64,000 nt of DNA from Bacilli bacterium (GCA_017536505.1 JAFXHG010000038.1:129163-193162); one strand, 5' to 3'; counted from the stretch's first letter, positions 45,761-56,941 are shown. Numbers and translations: made by a program. Notes: generated by a model from the letters alone, not told the origin.

Positions 45761-45793
45761 AAAGCAAGTAAAATTTACCATAATTACTTGCTT
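45761..45793 (-). terminator. Intrinsic terminator of mfd
   Basis: AAAGCAAGTAA-loop-TTACTTGCTTT hairpin starting at the stop codon. A 7-A run on the plus strand gives a U-run on the transcript. Confidence 0.6.
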
Positions 45794-48700
45794 TACGTAT
45801 TTTTTAGTGCTTTCTTTAAAACATCTAACATATCAATTAAATAATAAATAAAATGTTTATCAAGTCCTACTGTATCAAGAGTGATTGTTAACTCTTCGTT
45901 TTTCATAGAAAATCTAAACTTTCTAGTCAATGATATTACATCTAAGAAAAGTAATTCACCATCTATATTTTTAGTTAATTCTTTTGTGAGTGTTATTGCA
46001 ATAAAATTCTTAGTTTGATTAACATTTTTAACTTTTAAAGCTCTAATCTCTTTTTCAAATAGCTCTTCATACATATAAATGATTACATTTTCATCTAATA
46101 CGCCAAATCTATCTTCTAATTCTTCTTTTGTTTTATTTAAACTTTCAATAGAATCAATTTTATTAATTTTTTGATGTATTTCTATTTTTAAATCTTCTTC
46201 TTTAGCGTATTTATCATCAATAGTTGTTTCTACTTCTATTAAAGGTTGTGCAGCACTTTCATCTTTTTCAATATTAATACCTTTTAATTTACTTACTTCT
46301 TCATTTAACATATCAAGAAATAATTCTACCCCTACTGTATCTATAAATCCTGATTGTTCTTGACCTAATATATCTCCTGCCCCTCTTATAGATAAATCTC
46401 TCATAGCAATAGAAAAGCCACTACCAAGTTCTGTAAATTCTTTTATAACATTTAATCTTTTTTTAGCTACATCACTTAAAATCTTACCTTTATTATACAT
46501 TAAATAAGAATAAGCTATTTTATTACTTCTACCTACTCTACCTCTTATTTGATAAAGTTGAGAAAGTCCATATCTATCAGCATCTATTATAATTAATGTA
46601 TTAACATTTGGTATATCTATACCAGTTTCAATGATTGTTGTACAAAGCAAAACATCGTATTCTTTATTCATGAATTTATACATTACATCTTCAAGTTCTT
46701 CTTTTTTCATTTTACCATGACCACATATAATACGTGCTTCTGGAACAAGATATTCTAAACTTCTCTTTTTTTCTTCCATAGTAGCTATATCATTATAAAG
46801 AATAAATACTTGGCCTTCACGAGCTAATTCTTTATATATAGCATCCTTAATAACATTTTTATTTTCTTCTAACACATAAGTCTGTATTGGATATCTATCT
46901 ACAGGTGGAGTTTCTATTAAAGATAAACTTCTAACTCCAGCAAGTGACATTTGAAGAGTTCTAGGTATTGGAGTTGCCGATAAAGTTAAAACATCTATAT
47001 TATTTTTATAAGATTTAATTTTTTCTTTATGTTTAACTCCAAATCTTTGTTCTTCGTCTATTACAAGTAATCCAAGTCTTTTACACACTATATCTTCACT
47101 TAAAATTCTATGAGTACCTATAAGTAAATCTACTTTACCTTCACTCAAATCTTTAATTATTTCATTTTGTTTTCTCTTAGTAACAAATCTATTTAATAAT
47201 TCTATTCTTACAGGAAATTCTTTAAATCTTTCTATAGCATTTTGGAAGTGTTGCTGAGATAGTATTGTTGTTGGACATAAGAATAAAACTTGCTTGTTAG
47301 ACATTATAGCTTTAAATATAGCTCTAAATGCTACTTCAGTCTTACCATATCCAACATCCCCGCATAAAAGTCTGTCCATAGGAATACTTTTTTCCATATC
47401 TTTTTTTATTTCTTCTGTTACTTTTAATTGGTCTTTAGTTTCAATATATTCAAAGCCTTTTTCAAACTCTATTTGTTCTTCTGTATCCTTATCAAAAGCA
47501 TATCCTATAGCCATTTCTCTTTCAGAATAAAGTTTTAATAAATCACCAGCAATACTTTCTATCTTTTTCTTAATATGTAGTTTAGTTTTAGTCCATTCTG
47601 TTCCGCCTAATTTATTTACTTTAGGTACTGCACCTTCATTAGATGAATATTTATTTATAAACTCTAACTTTTCAACAGGTATATATAGTTTATCTTCACC
47701 TTTGTATTCAATAGTTAAATAATCTTTTTTTAATCCATTCTTAGTTAATGTTTTAATACCTCTATAAATACCAATACCATGAACTACATGTACTACATAA
47801 TCTCCAATATTAAGTTTATTTATATCTCTAATCTTAGATCCCATCTTAAAATTAGATTTATAAGCAACTCCACTTTCTTTTTTATTAAATAATTCTTTTT
47901 CAGTAACAACTACATAACTTCCTATTATATAACCACTATTTATTTTTCTAACAACTAGATTTATTTTGTTATCGATTATTTCGTTAATACTTGTAATTAC
48001 TAGATGACTACTTACAAGTTCACTTTCTAATCTATTTACTTTATATCTATCAGATAAACATACTATAACAGTTTTACCTTCTTTTATATAACCATTAAGT
48101 CTCTTACTTATTGAATCCATCCCACCAATAAAATTATCAAGTTCAAAAGATTGATATTTAATATTTTTATTTGAATTAGTCTTATTATCAAATGATACAA
48201 AATCTATTTCTTCATATTTATAATTTTTTTCTAAGGCAAACATAAATTTAGTATCATTACTTAATTCATTATTATTTTTATAATCTGTTATTTCTTCTGT
48301 TAATAATTCAAAATTTTTTTCAATACTTTTTCTATCATCATAAAAAATTATTGGATTATCTAAATAATCTAATATAGATACAGGTTTGATATAGTTTATT
48401 AATTCTCTATGTTTAGGTTTTTCTTCTAACTCTTTATCTATTATAAATTCAGTTGTTGGAGTGATTATTACTTCATCTAGTCTATCTTTAGAAATTTGAG
48501 TATCAATATCAAATTCACTAATTCTTTCAATTTCATCTCCCCAAAATTCTATTCTTATAGGATTCTTATAATTAATTGGAAATATATCTATTATAAATCC
48601 ACGAACAGCTATTTCTCCTGTTTTATTTACTAAAGACTCTCTTTTATAACCTATTCTATATAAATTAGAAACTAGTTCTTCTATTTTTATTTCATCACCT

Positions 48701-49080
48701 AATTTTACCTTAGAATATGAATTTTTATAATCTTTAGGACTAGGTAAAAACCTTAAAAATCCCATTAAATTAGTTATAACTATTCTTTTTTCTTCTAACA
48801 AAGTATTTAATGTATCAAGTCTAGTAAATTTAAACTCTGGACTTATTGCGAGTGCTTCGCTAGTTAAAAAATCATCCATAGGAAAGAAAGATACTTTATC
48901 AGTATAATTTAATAATATTTGATATAGTTTATTAGCTTCATAAATTGTAGAAGTTATACACACTATACTTTTATTTTCTTTTTTAAACTTTTTATATAAG
49001 AATAAACCTTTTAGTTCGGGTGTTAAACCATAAACAAAATTTCCATCTAATTCATTCAAAATATTATTAAATAAACTCAT
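45793..49080 (-). CDS. mfd: Transcription-repair coupling factor
   Basis: 1095 aa. GDVGYGKTEVA Walker A, DEEQRFG, superfamily-2 helicase motifs, CarD-like domain (DYVVHVVHGIGIY). Confidence 0.95.
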   Translation of the reverse strand: MSLFNNILNELDGNFVYGLTPELKGLFLYKKFKKENKSIVCITSTIYEANKLYQILLNYTDKVSFFPMDDFLTSEALAISPEFKFTRLDTLNTLLEEKRIVITNLMGFLRFLPSPKDYKNSYSKVKLGDEIKIEELVSNLYRIGYKRESLVNKTGEIAVRGFIIDIFPINYKNPIRIEFWGDEIERISEFDIDTQISKDRLDEVIITPTTEFIIDKELEEKPKHRELINYIKPVSILDYLDNPIIFYDDRKSIEKNFELLTEEITDYKNNNELSNDTKFMFALEKNYKYEEIDFVSFDNKTNSNKNIKYQSFELDNFIGGMDSISKRLNGYIKEGKTVIVCLSDRYKVNRLESELVSSHLVITSINEIIDNKINLVVRKINSGYIIGSYVVVTEKELFNKKESGVAYKSNFKMGSKIRDINKLNIGDYVVHVVHGIGIYRGIKTLTKNGLKKDYLTIEYKGEDKLYIPVEKLEFINKYSSNEGAVPKVNKLGGTEWTKTKLHIKKKIESIAGDLLKLYSEREMAIGYAFDKDTEEQIEFEKGFEYIETKDQLKVTEEIKKDMEKSIPMDRLLCGDVGYGKTEVAFRAIFKAIMSNKQVLFLCPTTILSQQHFQNAIERFKEFPVRIELLNRFVTKRKQNEIIKDLSEGKVDLLIGTHRILSEDIVCKRLGLLVIDEEQRFGVKHKEKIKSYKNNIDVLTLSATPIPRTLQMSLAGVRSLSLIETPPVDRYPIQTYVLEENKNVIKDAIYKELAREGQVFILYNDIATMEEKKRSLEYLVPEARIICGHGKMKKEELEDVMYKFMNKEYDVLLCTTIIETGIDIPNVNTLIIIDADRYGLSQLYQIRGRVGRSNKIAYSYLMYNKGKILSDVAKKRLNVIKEFTELGSGFSIAMRDLSIRGAGDILGQEQSGFIDTVGVELFLDMLNEEVSKLKGINIEKDESAAQPLIEVETTIDDKYAKEEDLKIEIHQKINKIDSIESLNKTKEELEDRFGVLDENVIIYMYEELFEKEIRALKVKNVNQTKNFIAITLTKELTKNIDGELLFLDVISLTRKFRFSMKNEELTITLDTVGLDKHFIYYLIDMLDVLKKALKNT

Positions 49081-49145
49081 TATTTTTCCTCCTTTCCAAC
49101 GACAAAATGATACACTTCTGTATCATTAACTTGTTTAATTAAAAA

Positions 49146-49700
49146 TTAATTATATTTATTCATCACATTATCAAATGGTAATTTTAAATAATCTTCAATA
49201 ATGTTAGGTATTTTATCTATTATAGGATTTATTAAATCCATTTCTTCTTTTGTAAATTTACCTAACACATAATCTTTAGTATCTATATTTTTATCATTTG
49301 ATATACCTACTTTTATTCTTTTATAATCTTTAGTAGATAAATGTAACTCTATATTTTTAAGACCATTATGTCCCCCACTAGAACCTTTATAACGAAGTCT
49401 GTAAGTGCCTACTTTTGTATCTAAATCATCACATATAATTAGTATATCTTCTATAGCTATTTTAAAGAAGTTAACAAAATCTCTTACTACTTCTCCTGAT
49501 AAATTCATATATTTTTCAGGTTTTAAAAGAATTATCTTTTCCCCATTATGATTAAACTGTGTATAAGATCCAGTAAATTTATTTGAATCAAAACTTACTT
49601 TAAAATATTCAGCTATTTTATCTATACACATAAATCCAATATTATGTCTAGTTTTATTATATTCTCTACCTGGATTTCCTAAACCTACTATAAGTTTCAT
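49146..49700 (-). CDS. pth: Peptidyl-tRNA hydrolase
   Basis: MKLIVGLGNPGREYNKTRHNIGF. Confidence 0.95.
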   Translation of the reverse strand: MKLIVGLGNPGREYNKTRHNIGFMCIDKIAEYFKVSFDSNKFTGSYTQFNHNGEKIILLKPEKYMNLSGEVVRDFVNFFKIAIEDILIICDDLDTKVGTYRLRYKGSSGGHNGLKNIELHLSTKDYKRIKVGISNDKNIDTKDYVLGKFTKEEMDLINPIIDKIPNIIEDYLKLPFDNVMNKYN

Positions 49701-49704
49701 TTTA

Positions 49705-50553
49705 TCACTTCTTTTCTATATTGTGGTAAATATCATATACTTCACTTTTTTTCATACCACGTTCTTTAGCAACTATCTTAATTGCATCCATAGAACTTTT
49801 TCCATCTTCAATATAAAGATTAACATGTTCTTCTATTGTTAAATTTTTATATTCAGTTGTTTCTTTATTTCCCTCAACAACTACTACAAGCTCTCCTTTA
49901 TATTCATTATTTTGTTCTATCAACTCTCCAATAGTTCCTCTATAAACTTCTTCATATTTTTTAGTTATTTCTCGGGAAATACTTATTTTACGATTATTTC
50001 CCAAAATATTTCCCAAATCTCTTAATGTTTTATTTATACGATGAGGTGCTTCATAAAGTATTAATGTTGCATCTATGTTTTTTAAAAATTCTAATTCTTT
50101 TCTTCTAGCACTATCTTTATTATTTAAAAATCCATAATAATAAAATGGCATAGGACTAATACCTGATGAAGTAAGAGCTGGTATTAAAGCTGTAGCTCCC
50201 GGAAGACTAACTACATTATAACCTTCTTCTATAGCGAATTTTGCTAGTTCATATCCTGGATCACTTATTATAGGAGTACCCCTATCACTAACCAAACCTA
50301 CATTACTACCACTATTTAGATATTCTAGTAATTTTTCCTTATTACCTGATTCATTGTAATTATGACTAGATATTAATTTTTTACTAATATCTAAATATTT
50401 TAATAATTGTCCTGTTACTCGAGTATCTTCACAAAAAACTACATCCACCATTTTTAAAGTATTTATAGCTCTTATAGTTATATCTTCCATATTTCCTATA
50501 GGTGTTGGGATAAGATATAAAGTTGGACTATTATCATAACTTTTTTGTGACAT
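49705..50553 (-). CDS. rsmI: 16S rRNA (cytidine1402-2'-O)-methyltransferase
   Basis: LYLIPTPIGNMEDITIRAINTLKMVDVVFCEDTR. Start moved to MSQKSYDN. Confidence 0.9.
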   Translation of the reverse strand: MSQKSYDNSPTLYLIPTPIGNMEDITIRAINTLKMVDVVFCEDTRVTGQLLKYLDISKKLISSHNYNESGNKEKLLEYLNSGSNVGLVSDRGTPIISDPGYELAKFAIEEGYNVVSLPGATALIPALTSSGISPMPFYYYGFLNNKDSARRKELEFLKNIDATLILYEAPHRINKTLRDLGNILGNNRKISISREITKKYEEVYRGTIGELIEQNNEYKGELVVVVEGNKETTEYKNLTIEEHVNLYIEDGKSSMDAIKIVAKERGMKKSEVYDIYHNIEKK

Positions 50554-50563
50554 AGTATCACCT

Positions 50564-51283
50564 CTATTCAAAATATTTTTTTACATCATCTGTATATTCA
50601 CCATTATCTTGATGACTATAGATAGGAGGTAAAATTTTCATGCCTGGCCTCCCATTTTTACTTCCTTCTATTAACATTATATTTGCTTCCATATTTTTCT
50701 TCGGATATACAAATTGAACTCTTTTAGGTTCTATGTTATTTTTTTTCATTTCTTCTACTACTTCAACAAATCTTTCTGGTCTATGTACAATAGCAATCAC
50801 ACCATTATTTTTTAAAAGTTTTTTAGCTATAGTAAACAACTGATTTAGATTTAATTTAACTTCATGACGAGCAATTGTCTTATAATCATTTTTATTTATA
50901 TTAGATGTTTCTATATATTTAAAAAATGGTGGATTACAAGTAATTACATCAAAAGAGTCAGTTTCTATTTCTTTATAGTAATCATTTATATCTTTATTTA
51001 TAATTGTTATTTGATCTTCTTTTTTATTAATAGAAATTGATTCTAAAGCTAAATCATATACTTCTTTTTGTATTTCCACACCAGTAATCTTAGCATCTGT
51101 TTTAGTAGAAAGAATTAAAGGTATAGGCGCATTACCACAGCCTATATCAAGTATTCTATTTATATTTTTATTAATGGTTACAAAGTTTGGAAGTAATACT
51201 GAATCTAATGAAAAGTTGAACATTTCATTATCTTGTACTATTTTTAAATCTTTATAACCTAATAAATAATTAGTTACCTTCAT
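50564..51283 (-). CDS. SAM-dependent N6-adenine methyltransferase, YabB / tRNA1(Val) m6A37-like
   Basis: ILDIGCGNAPI SAM motif and ITCNPPFF catalytic motif. Syntenic with B. subtilis yabB. Confidence 0.75.
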   Translation of the reverse strand: MKVTNYLLGYKDLKIVQDNEMFNFSLDSVLLPNFVTINKNINRILDIGCGNAPIPLILSTKTDAKITGVEIQKEVYDLALESISINKKEDQITIINKDINDYYKEIETDSFDVITCNPPFFKYIETSNINKNDYKTIARHEVKLNLNQLFTIAKKLLKNNGVIAIVHRPERFVEVVEEMKKNNIEPKRVQFVYPKKNMEANIMLIEGSKNGRPGMKILPPIYSHQDNGEYTDDVKKYFE

Positions 51284-52061
51284 TTACATCAACTTCCACT
51301 ATACCATGGTCTTTAACATCTACTCTATATGTTTGTTTTAAAATATCTGTACTAATAACCTTACCTTCACCAAACTCAGTTTCTACTTTTTTGCCTATTT
51401 TAGGAAGTTTCTTTCCTAAATCTTTGTAGCACTCATCTTCATATTTTAAACAACATAAAAGTCTACCACATACACCATTTATCTTTGTAGGATTTAAAGC
51501 TATATTTTGATTTTTAGCCATGTTTATTGATACTGAATCAAAGTCACATAAGAATTTTGAACAACATAATTCTCTACCACAAGAACCATATCCTCCTATT
51601 TCTTTAGCTTTATCTCTAACTCCTACTTGTCTTAATTCTATTCTAGTTTTGTGTGTGTTAGCTAAATCTTTAGCAAGTTTTCTAAAATCTACTCTATTAT
51701 CAGCAAGAAATGTGAATAATAATTGATTTCTATCAAAAGTATAATTAGCATCTAATACCATCATGTTTAAATTATATTCGTCTACTAAATCTTTACAATC
51801 TTTTAATGCTTTTTTTGCATCATTAACGTTCTTTATATGCTTTTCATAATCCCTTTTAGAAGCTATTCTTATTACTTCAGCTAAAGAGCTTTTGATTTTT
51901 GATTCTTCTATTTCTGTATTAGCTATTTCAACAGTACCAAACTGTAATCCTCTTTCAGTTTTAACAATAACATTTATACCTTTTTTTATTTTCATCCCAT
52001 TAGGAGAAAAATAGTATACTTTTTTATTTGGTTTAAATGCTACACCTACTACTTCTATCAT
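51270..52061 (-). CDS. ricT: PSP1-domain protein RicT/YaaT
   Basis: VVGVAFKPNKKVYYFSP..., Cys cluster GSCGRELCCSKFL...GVCGRLLCCLKYE. Confidence 0.85.
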   Translation of the reverse strand: MIEVVGVAFKPNKKVYYFSPNGMKIKKGINVIVKTERGLQFGTVEIANTEIEESKIKSSLAEVIRIASKRDYEKHIKNVNDAKKALKDCKDLVDEYNLNMMVLDANYTFDRNQLLFTFLADNRVDFRKLAKDLANTHKTRIELRQVGVRDKAKEIGGYGSCGRELCCSKFLCDFDSVSINMAKNQNIALNPTKINGVCGRLLCCLKYEDECYKDLGKKLPKIGKKVETEFGEGKVISTDILKQTYRVDVKDHGIVEVDVNEGN

Positions 52062-53024
52062 TTTTTATCACACCTTCCAAGTTCAATGATTAATTTATCC
52101 ATTAGTAAATTACTATTAACATTAAATTTAATTTTTTCTCTCAAATCCATTATAACATTTATTTTACTAGTTATTTCATCTAAATTATTTTTTTCTTCTA
52201 TTATATTTACATCATTTACATGATCAGTAAATATTTGTATAACTTTACCTAATTTTAAATTTAAAACATCTTTATAAAATAGTAACATCATAGTAAATGC
52301 ATTATATATATCTTGTTTTTCTTTAAACGTTTCATGCCATAATTTATTTATATATATTAAAGTATTACTATGTTTTTCTTCATAATATTTGATAAATTCT
52401 ATTATTTTTTCTATTTTTATTATACTTTCTTCATCATTTATAAAAATTTCTATATCTTCTTTATTATTACTTAAATAATTAGCTATTCTTTCTTTTGTAG
52501 ATAAATTATCTAAATTTAGTTTGTTTTTTAAAGACAAAACTTGGCATCTAGATACTATAGTACTCAATAATTGATACATATTTTCAGTTATTAATATGGC
52601 AATTATACCTTCTTCAGGTTCTTCTAAAAATTTTAATAAAGAGTTAGAAGAAGCAACATTTAACTTTTCTGCTTTATTTATTATATAAACTTTTTTATTT
52701 CCCACAACAGATTTTTTAGAAAAAGCATCTTGTAATTCTTCAAGTTGACTTTTTTTTATCCATTGCCCTTCTGGATCAATTATTTTAAGTTCTATAAATT
52801 CATTCTTATCAATATTCATACATTGACTGCAATTACCACAGTTATTATTATTACTATAACTATTTGGACATAGTAAGTATTTAGCAAAAGCTATCCCTAG
52901 ATCTAATCCTTTAGAATAACCATTTGTTTCAATAAGATAAGCATGGCTATGCTTATTATTTTTAACTGAATTAATTAAAGTTTTATAGGTGATGTTTTGT
53001 TCTAAACAAAAATCATCTAACATA
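52058..53024 (-). CDS. holB: DNA polymerase III delta' subunit
   Basis: Start moved to ATG 53022-53024 (GGAGGTG upstream). HAYLIETNG, Cys-rich CGNCSQC and SRCQVL motifs. Confidence 0.85.
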
Positions 53025-53110
53025 CTTACACCTCCAAACAAAGTCATATATATTATAACATAGTTTTATATTATTTTAAAACAAGAAAAAAATAGCAATT
53101 TAGTTGATTG

Positions 53111-53558
53111 CTACTTGAATAAAATTCTTTGGAATTTTTTTACTTTTTGATTATTTTTTTCGTTTTGATTTTCTTTTTCATATGGTTTAATATCTAAAAC
53201 AACTTGATCTCCTGCATAAGGTTTAAAGAAATTACCTATTATTGTTACACTTGAAGCCTTTAATTTACTTCTTAATTTTCGTTTTACTCTTTCTAAATCT
53301 CCAAGCGTTCTTATATTTGATAAATTAATATATCTTTCATAACCAATTCTAAGAAGAATGGCATTCCTTACTTTTAAATCTAAATAAGTTTGTTCTTCAA
53401 ACGAAGCAAAATAATCATATTTCTTCTTATACTTTACTACATATATATCCCCAACAAATATACATTCTGGATCTAAGTTTTTTATATCAAAATCAATACC
53501 AGCAGTTTTATACCCTGAAAATTCCATATATTCTTTAATTGTTATGTTTTTTTCCATA
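53111..53558 (-). CDS. Hypothetical 149-aa basic protein
   Basis: Start moved to MEKNITIKEY (AGAGGTG upstream). No motif recognised. Confidence 0.4.
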
Positions 53559-53608
53559 TTAAAACACCTCTTCTTGATTTTATATAATATCATTAAGATT
53601 TTATTATG

Positions 53609-53797
53609 TCAATAAATTAAAACCATTATAAATATTAAACAAAGTAAAGCTGGCACTCCAAGTATTGATAATGCACCTACAGTAAATACATTTATAGGTA
53701 TTATTAATCCTATAGGTTGTACAAGAAGATTATATCCATATAACAAAAAAGAACTAATAATTATTCGTTTTATTATTTTAAACAATATTTTTAACAT
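53609..53797 (-). CDS. bofA: Pro-sigma-K processing inhibitor BofA
   Basis: About 62 aa, two TMs. The FTVGALSILGVPALL pattern and the position just after recR match B. subtilis. Confidence 0.7.
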   Translation of the reverse strand: MLKILFKIIKRIIISSFLLYGYNLLVQPIGLIIPINVFTVGALSILGVPALLCLIFIMVLIY

Positions 53798-53848
53798 AAT
53801 TTGTCCACCCAATTTATATTATGTTTAAAATAATTAATTATGAATTTA

Positions 53849-54448
53849 TTAGTCTATATATCTTCTATTTTCTAAAGCCATTTCTAGTGTTAGTGAATCT
53901 ACATAATCCATTTCAGCACCCATTGGTACTCCATGAGCTATTTTAGATATTTTAACATCAGTTCCTTCTAATATTTTAGATATATAAAGTGATGTTGTTT
54001 CACCTTCTACACTAGGTTTTAAGGCAAGTATTATTTCTTTTACTTTATCTTTTTTAACTCTATTTATAAGAGTTGAAATATTTATATCTTCTGGATTAAT
54101 TCCATCTATTGGTGAGATTAAACCATCTAATACGTGGTAATAGCCATCAAATATATTTAGTTTTTCAAATAGATTAACAAATTTTGGTTCTTCTACTACA
54201 CATAGTATTTCTTTATTTCTACTATTGTCTTTACAAACTTCACATTTTTCTGATTCACTTAAATTATTACATATTTCACATCTTCTTATTTTTGTTTTTG
54301 AATCTTTTAGTGAATTAGCAAATAAATCTATTGTTTCTTTATCTATTTCTAATACTGATAAAGCCATTCTTTCTGCCGATTTTTCACCAATGCCTGGAAA
54401 CTTTTTAAAACACTCTATCAGATTTTGGATAATACTAGGATATTTCAT
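53849..54448 (-). CDS. recR: Recombination protein RecR
   Basis: FPGIGEKSAERMA HhH, CEICNNLSESEKCEVC zinc finger, Toprim. Confidence 0.95.
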   Translation of the reverse strand: MKYPSIIQNLIECFKKFPGIGEKSAERMALSVLEIDKETIDLFANSLKDSKTKIRRCEICNNLSESEKCEVCKDNSRNKEILCVVEEPKFVNLFEKLNIFDGYYHVLDGLISPIDGINPEDINISTLINRVKKDKVKEIILALKPSVEGETTSLYISKILEGTDVKISKIAHGVPMGAEMDYVDSLTLEMALENRRYID

Positions 54449-54744
54449 TAGAATAGTCCTGGCATTCCTTGAGTATATTTACCCATTTTTGATTCAGTTT
54501 CTTTATCTATTTGTTTCATAGCATCGTTGAAAGCTACTGTAATCATATCTTGTAATAATTCTACATCATCTGCTTCTATTTGATCCATATCAATTTTAAC
54601 GTCTAGTAATTCTTTTTTACCACTCATTTTTACTGTTACTATTGAAGATTTACCAGTAAATTCTTTATTATTAATTTCTTCTTGTGTAGCTAACATATCT
54701 TTTTGTAATTTTTGTGCTTGTTTAAGCATTGCTTGCATATTCAT
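54448..54744 (-). CDS. ybaB: Nucleoid-associated protein YbaB/EbfC
   Basis: MNMQAMLKQAQKLQKDM...GMPGLF, 98 aa, between dnaX and recR. Confidence 0.92.
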   Translation of the reverse strand: MNMQAMLKQAQKLQKDMLATQEEINNKEFTGKSSIVTVKMSGKKELLDVKIDMDQIEADDVELLQDMITVAFNDAMKQIDKETESKMGKYTQGMPGLF

Positions 54745-54758
54745 GATTTTCCCTCTTT

Positions 54759-56432
54759 CTAATTGTAAACTATCATATCTTCAAATATTTCTTCTATTTC
54801 ATTAGTATTTGAAGTAGTTTCTTTATCTGTTATGTCATATATATCTTTTAATGACATAACTTCTTCATTATATTCATAAGCATTAGTTTTTGATTTCATA
54901 TGCTTATTGAATTCTACTTTTATTGGTTCCCACTCTTCTTCAGATACAGCTATAGGTTTTAATTCTTCATTAAATACCTTTTTTAAAGCCTTTTCTATAT
55001 CAATGAGTGAAAGATTGAAACATTCTTCTAAGTTTTTTAATTTATAAACAAATAATAAATTTTGATTTCCTTTTGCTTTTAAGTCTCCATCAATTATTAA
55101 AGATACTACTGAACTATAATCTGGATCCATTAAAAGTTCTTTAATATTATCTAAATCTTTTTTAAATGTCACAAATTCTTGTTTATTAAATTTAGATAAT
55201 GTATTATTTATTCTTATTTTCTTTAAGTTTTCTATATTTTCTTTTACTTTATCAGTAGTTTCTTTCTTTTCATATTTTGCTTCAGTAACTATTTTTTTCT
55301 TTTCTTCAAATACCGGTATATCTTTTTCAATTACTTGTTTTTTATATATTACCTTTTCTTTTTTTAATTCTATTATTTTAATTATTGAAAGTTCAAATAT
55401 TAATTTAACATTATTGGTATTTTTGCTAGTTTTAATAGAATCAAGTAATATTTCTATGGTGTTATAAATTTGATTTTCAGTTATTAAGTTACAGATTTCC
55501 TCATATGATTTTTTCTTTTCTTTATTTTCAAAATACTCTGAATTATTATAATATATTAAAGTATTCTTTAAAAATTCTATTATAGTTTCTATTATTTTGG
55601 TTAAGTTTTTACCATCTTCATCATACTTAGTTATTAAATCAAATGTTTCACTTAGATTATTACTAAAGATAAGTTTTAATAACTCACAGATTTCTTGTTC
55701 TGTTATTGTTCCATATACATCGTTAACATCACTTACAGTTATTTTTTCAGTTGTATAAGCAGTTAATTGATCAAGTAAACTAACAGAGTCTCTCATCCCA
55801 CCATCAGATAATTTACCTATTAATTCAATAGAATCTTCATCTATATTTATATTTTCTTGTTCACATATATAAGTTAATCTAATTTTTATATCATTTATAC
55901 TTATCTTTTTAAAATCAAATCTTTGACATCTAGAAAGTATTGTAGATGGAATTTTATGAGGTTCGGTTGTTGCTAATATAAAGATTATATGTTTTGGTGG
56001 CTCTTCTAATGTTTTAAGTAAAGCATTAAAAGCAGCTGTTGTAAGCATATGAACTTCATCTATTATATATACTTTATATTTTCCAAATGACGGAACTAAA
56101 CTTACTTTATCTCTTAGTTCTCTTATTTCATCTACTCCATTATTTGAAGCAGCATCTATTTCTATTATATCTGTATTTTGTTTATTATTAATTTGTGTAC
56201 AACTTACACATTTATTACAAGGCGTTGTATTTTCTAAAGATTCACAATTAACTATTTTAGCTAGTATCTTAGCTATACTTGTTTTACCGGTACCCCTAGG
56301 GCCAGTAAATAGATAAGCATGACTAATTTTATCATTTACTATACTATTAGTTAATGTTTTTATTATTACTTTTTGACCTACCACATCATCAAATGATTTT
56401 GGCCTATATTTTCTATAAAGAGCTTGATACAT
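54759..56432 (-). CDS. dnaX: DNA polymerase III subunit tau/gamma
   Basis: Start moved to MYQALYRKYRP (GAGGTGG upstream). GPRGTGKTS, CNKCVSC, DEVHML and SRCQRF motifs. Confidence 0.95.
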   Translation of the reverse strand: MYQALYRKYRPKSFDDVVGQKVIIKTLTNSIVNDKISHAYLFTGPRGTGKTSIAKILAKIVNCESLENTTPCNKCVSCTQINNKQNTDIIEIDAASNNGVDEIRELRDKVSLVPSFGKYKVYIIDEVHMLTTAAFNALLKTLEEPPKHIIFILATTEPHKIPSTILSRCQRFDFKKISINDIKIRLTYICEQENINIDEDSIELIGKLSDGGMRDSVSLLDQLTAYTTEKITVSDVNDVYGTITEQEICELLKLIFSNNLSETFDLITKYDEDGKNLTKIIETIIEFLKNTLIYYNNSEYFENKEKKKSYEEICNLITENQIYNTIEILLDSIKTSKNTNNVKLIFELSIIKIIELKKEKVIYKKQVIEKDIPVFEEKKKIVTEAKYEKKETTDKVKENIENLKKIRINNTLSKFNKQEFVTFKKDLDNIKELLMDPDYSSVVSLIIDGDLKAKGNQNLLFVYKLKNLEECFNLSLIDIEKALKKVFNEELKPIAVSEEEWEPIKVEFNKHMKSKTNAYEYNEEVMSLKDIYDITDKETTSNTNEIEEIFEDMIVYN

Positions 56433-56488
56433 GTTCCACCTCAAATCTATATAATATTATACACTTTTACAAGTAAAAAAAAAAGACG

Positions 56489-56902
56489 TTATCTTCTTTT
56501 TTTAAAGAATGATTGAACTAATTCTCTACACTTTTTTTCACACACTTGGGAAATAATTTCTATATTTTTTAATTGATCCGTGGATCCATAATTTTCATTT
56601 TTAACTCCATATACTATTTTTTTTATTCTAGATTGTTCTATAGCTCCTGAACACATCATACAAGGTTCCATAGTTACATAAATCGTACAATCTTCTAATC
56701 TCCAATTTTTTAATTTTTTACAGGCTTTTGAAATAGCAATTATTTCTGCATGTTTAGTAACATTCTTAGTTTTTTCTTTTTTATTAAATGCTTTAGCAAT
56801 TATTTTATTATTTTTTACTATTAAAGCCCCTACCGGTACTTCTTCGTATTTATAAGCTTTTTTTGCTTCTTTTATAGCAATATTCATATAATATTCATTC
56901 AT
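56489..56902 (-). CDS. tadA: tRNA-specific adenosine deaminase
   Basis: HAEIIAI and PCMMCSGAI CDA motifs. Start moved to ATG 56900-56902 (GGAGG at 56908-56912). The track's earlier start is a TTG inside the RBS. Confidence 0.9.
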   Translation of the reverse strand: MNEYYMNIAIKEAKKAYKYEEVPVGALIVKNNKIIAKAFNKKEKTKNVTKHAEIIAISKACKKLKNWRLEDCTIYVTMEPCMMCSGAIEQSRIKKIVYGVKNENYGSTDQLKNIEIISQVCEKKCRELVQSFFKKRR

Positions 56903-56914
56903 TTTTACCTCCAA

Positions 56915-56930
56915 TGTTTCACGTGAAACA
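56915..56930. other. parS site 1 (ParB/Spo0J-binding centromere palindrome)
   Basis: Exact TGTTTCACGTGAAACA, 2 nt from the tadA Shine-Dalgarno. Confidence 0.8.
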
Positions 56931-56941
56931 TATATTTTAAT

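Noticed and set aside
55285-55305. Programmed -1 frameshift site in dnaX (A-rich run GAAAAGAAAAAAATA)
   Set aside because: In the dnaX reading frame the run reads AAG AAA AAA ATA, which is not a canonical X XXY YYZ heptamer. I see no downstream stem-loop, and Firmicute dnaX is not known to frameshift.
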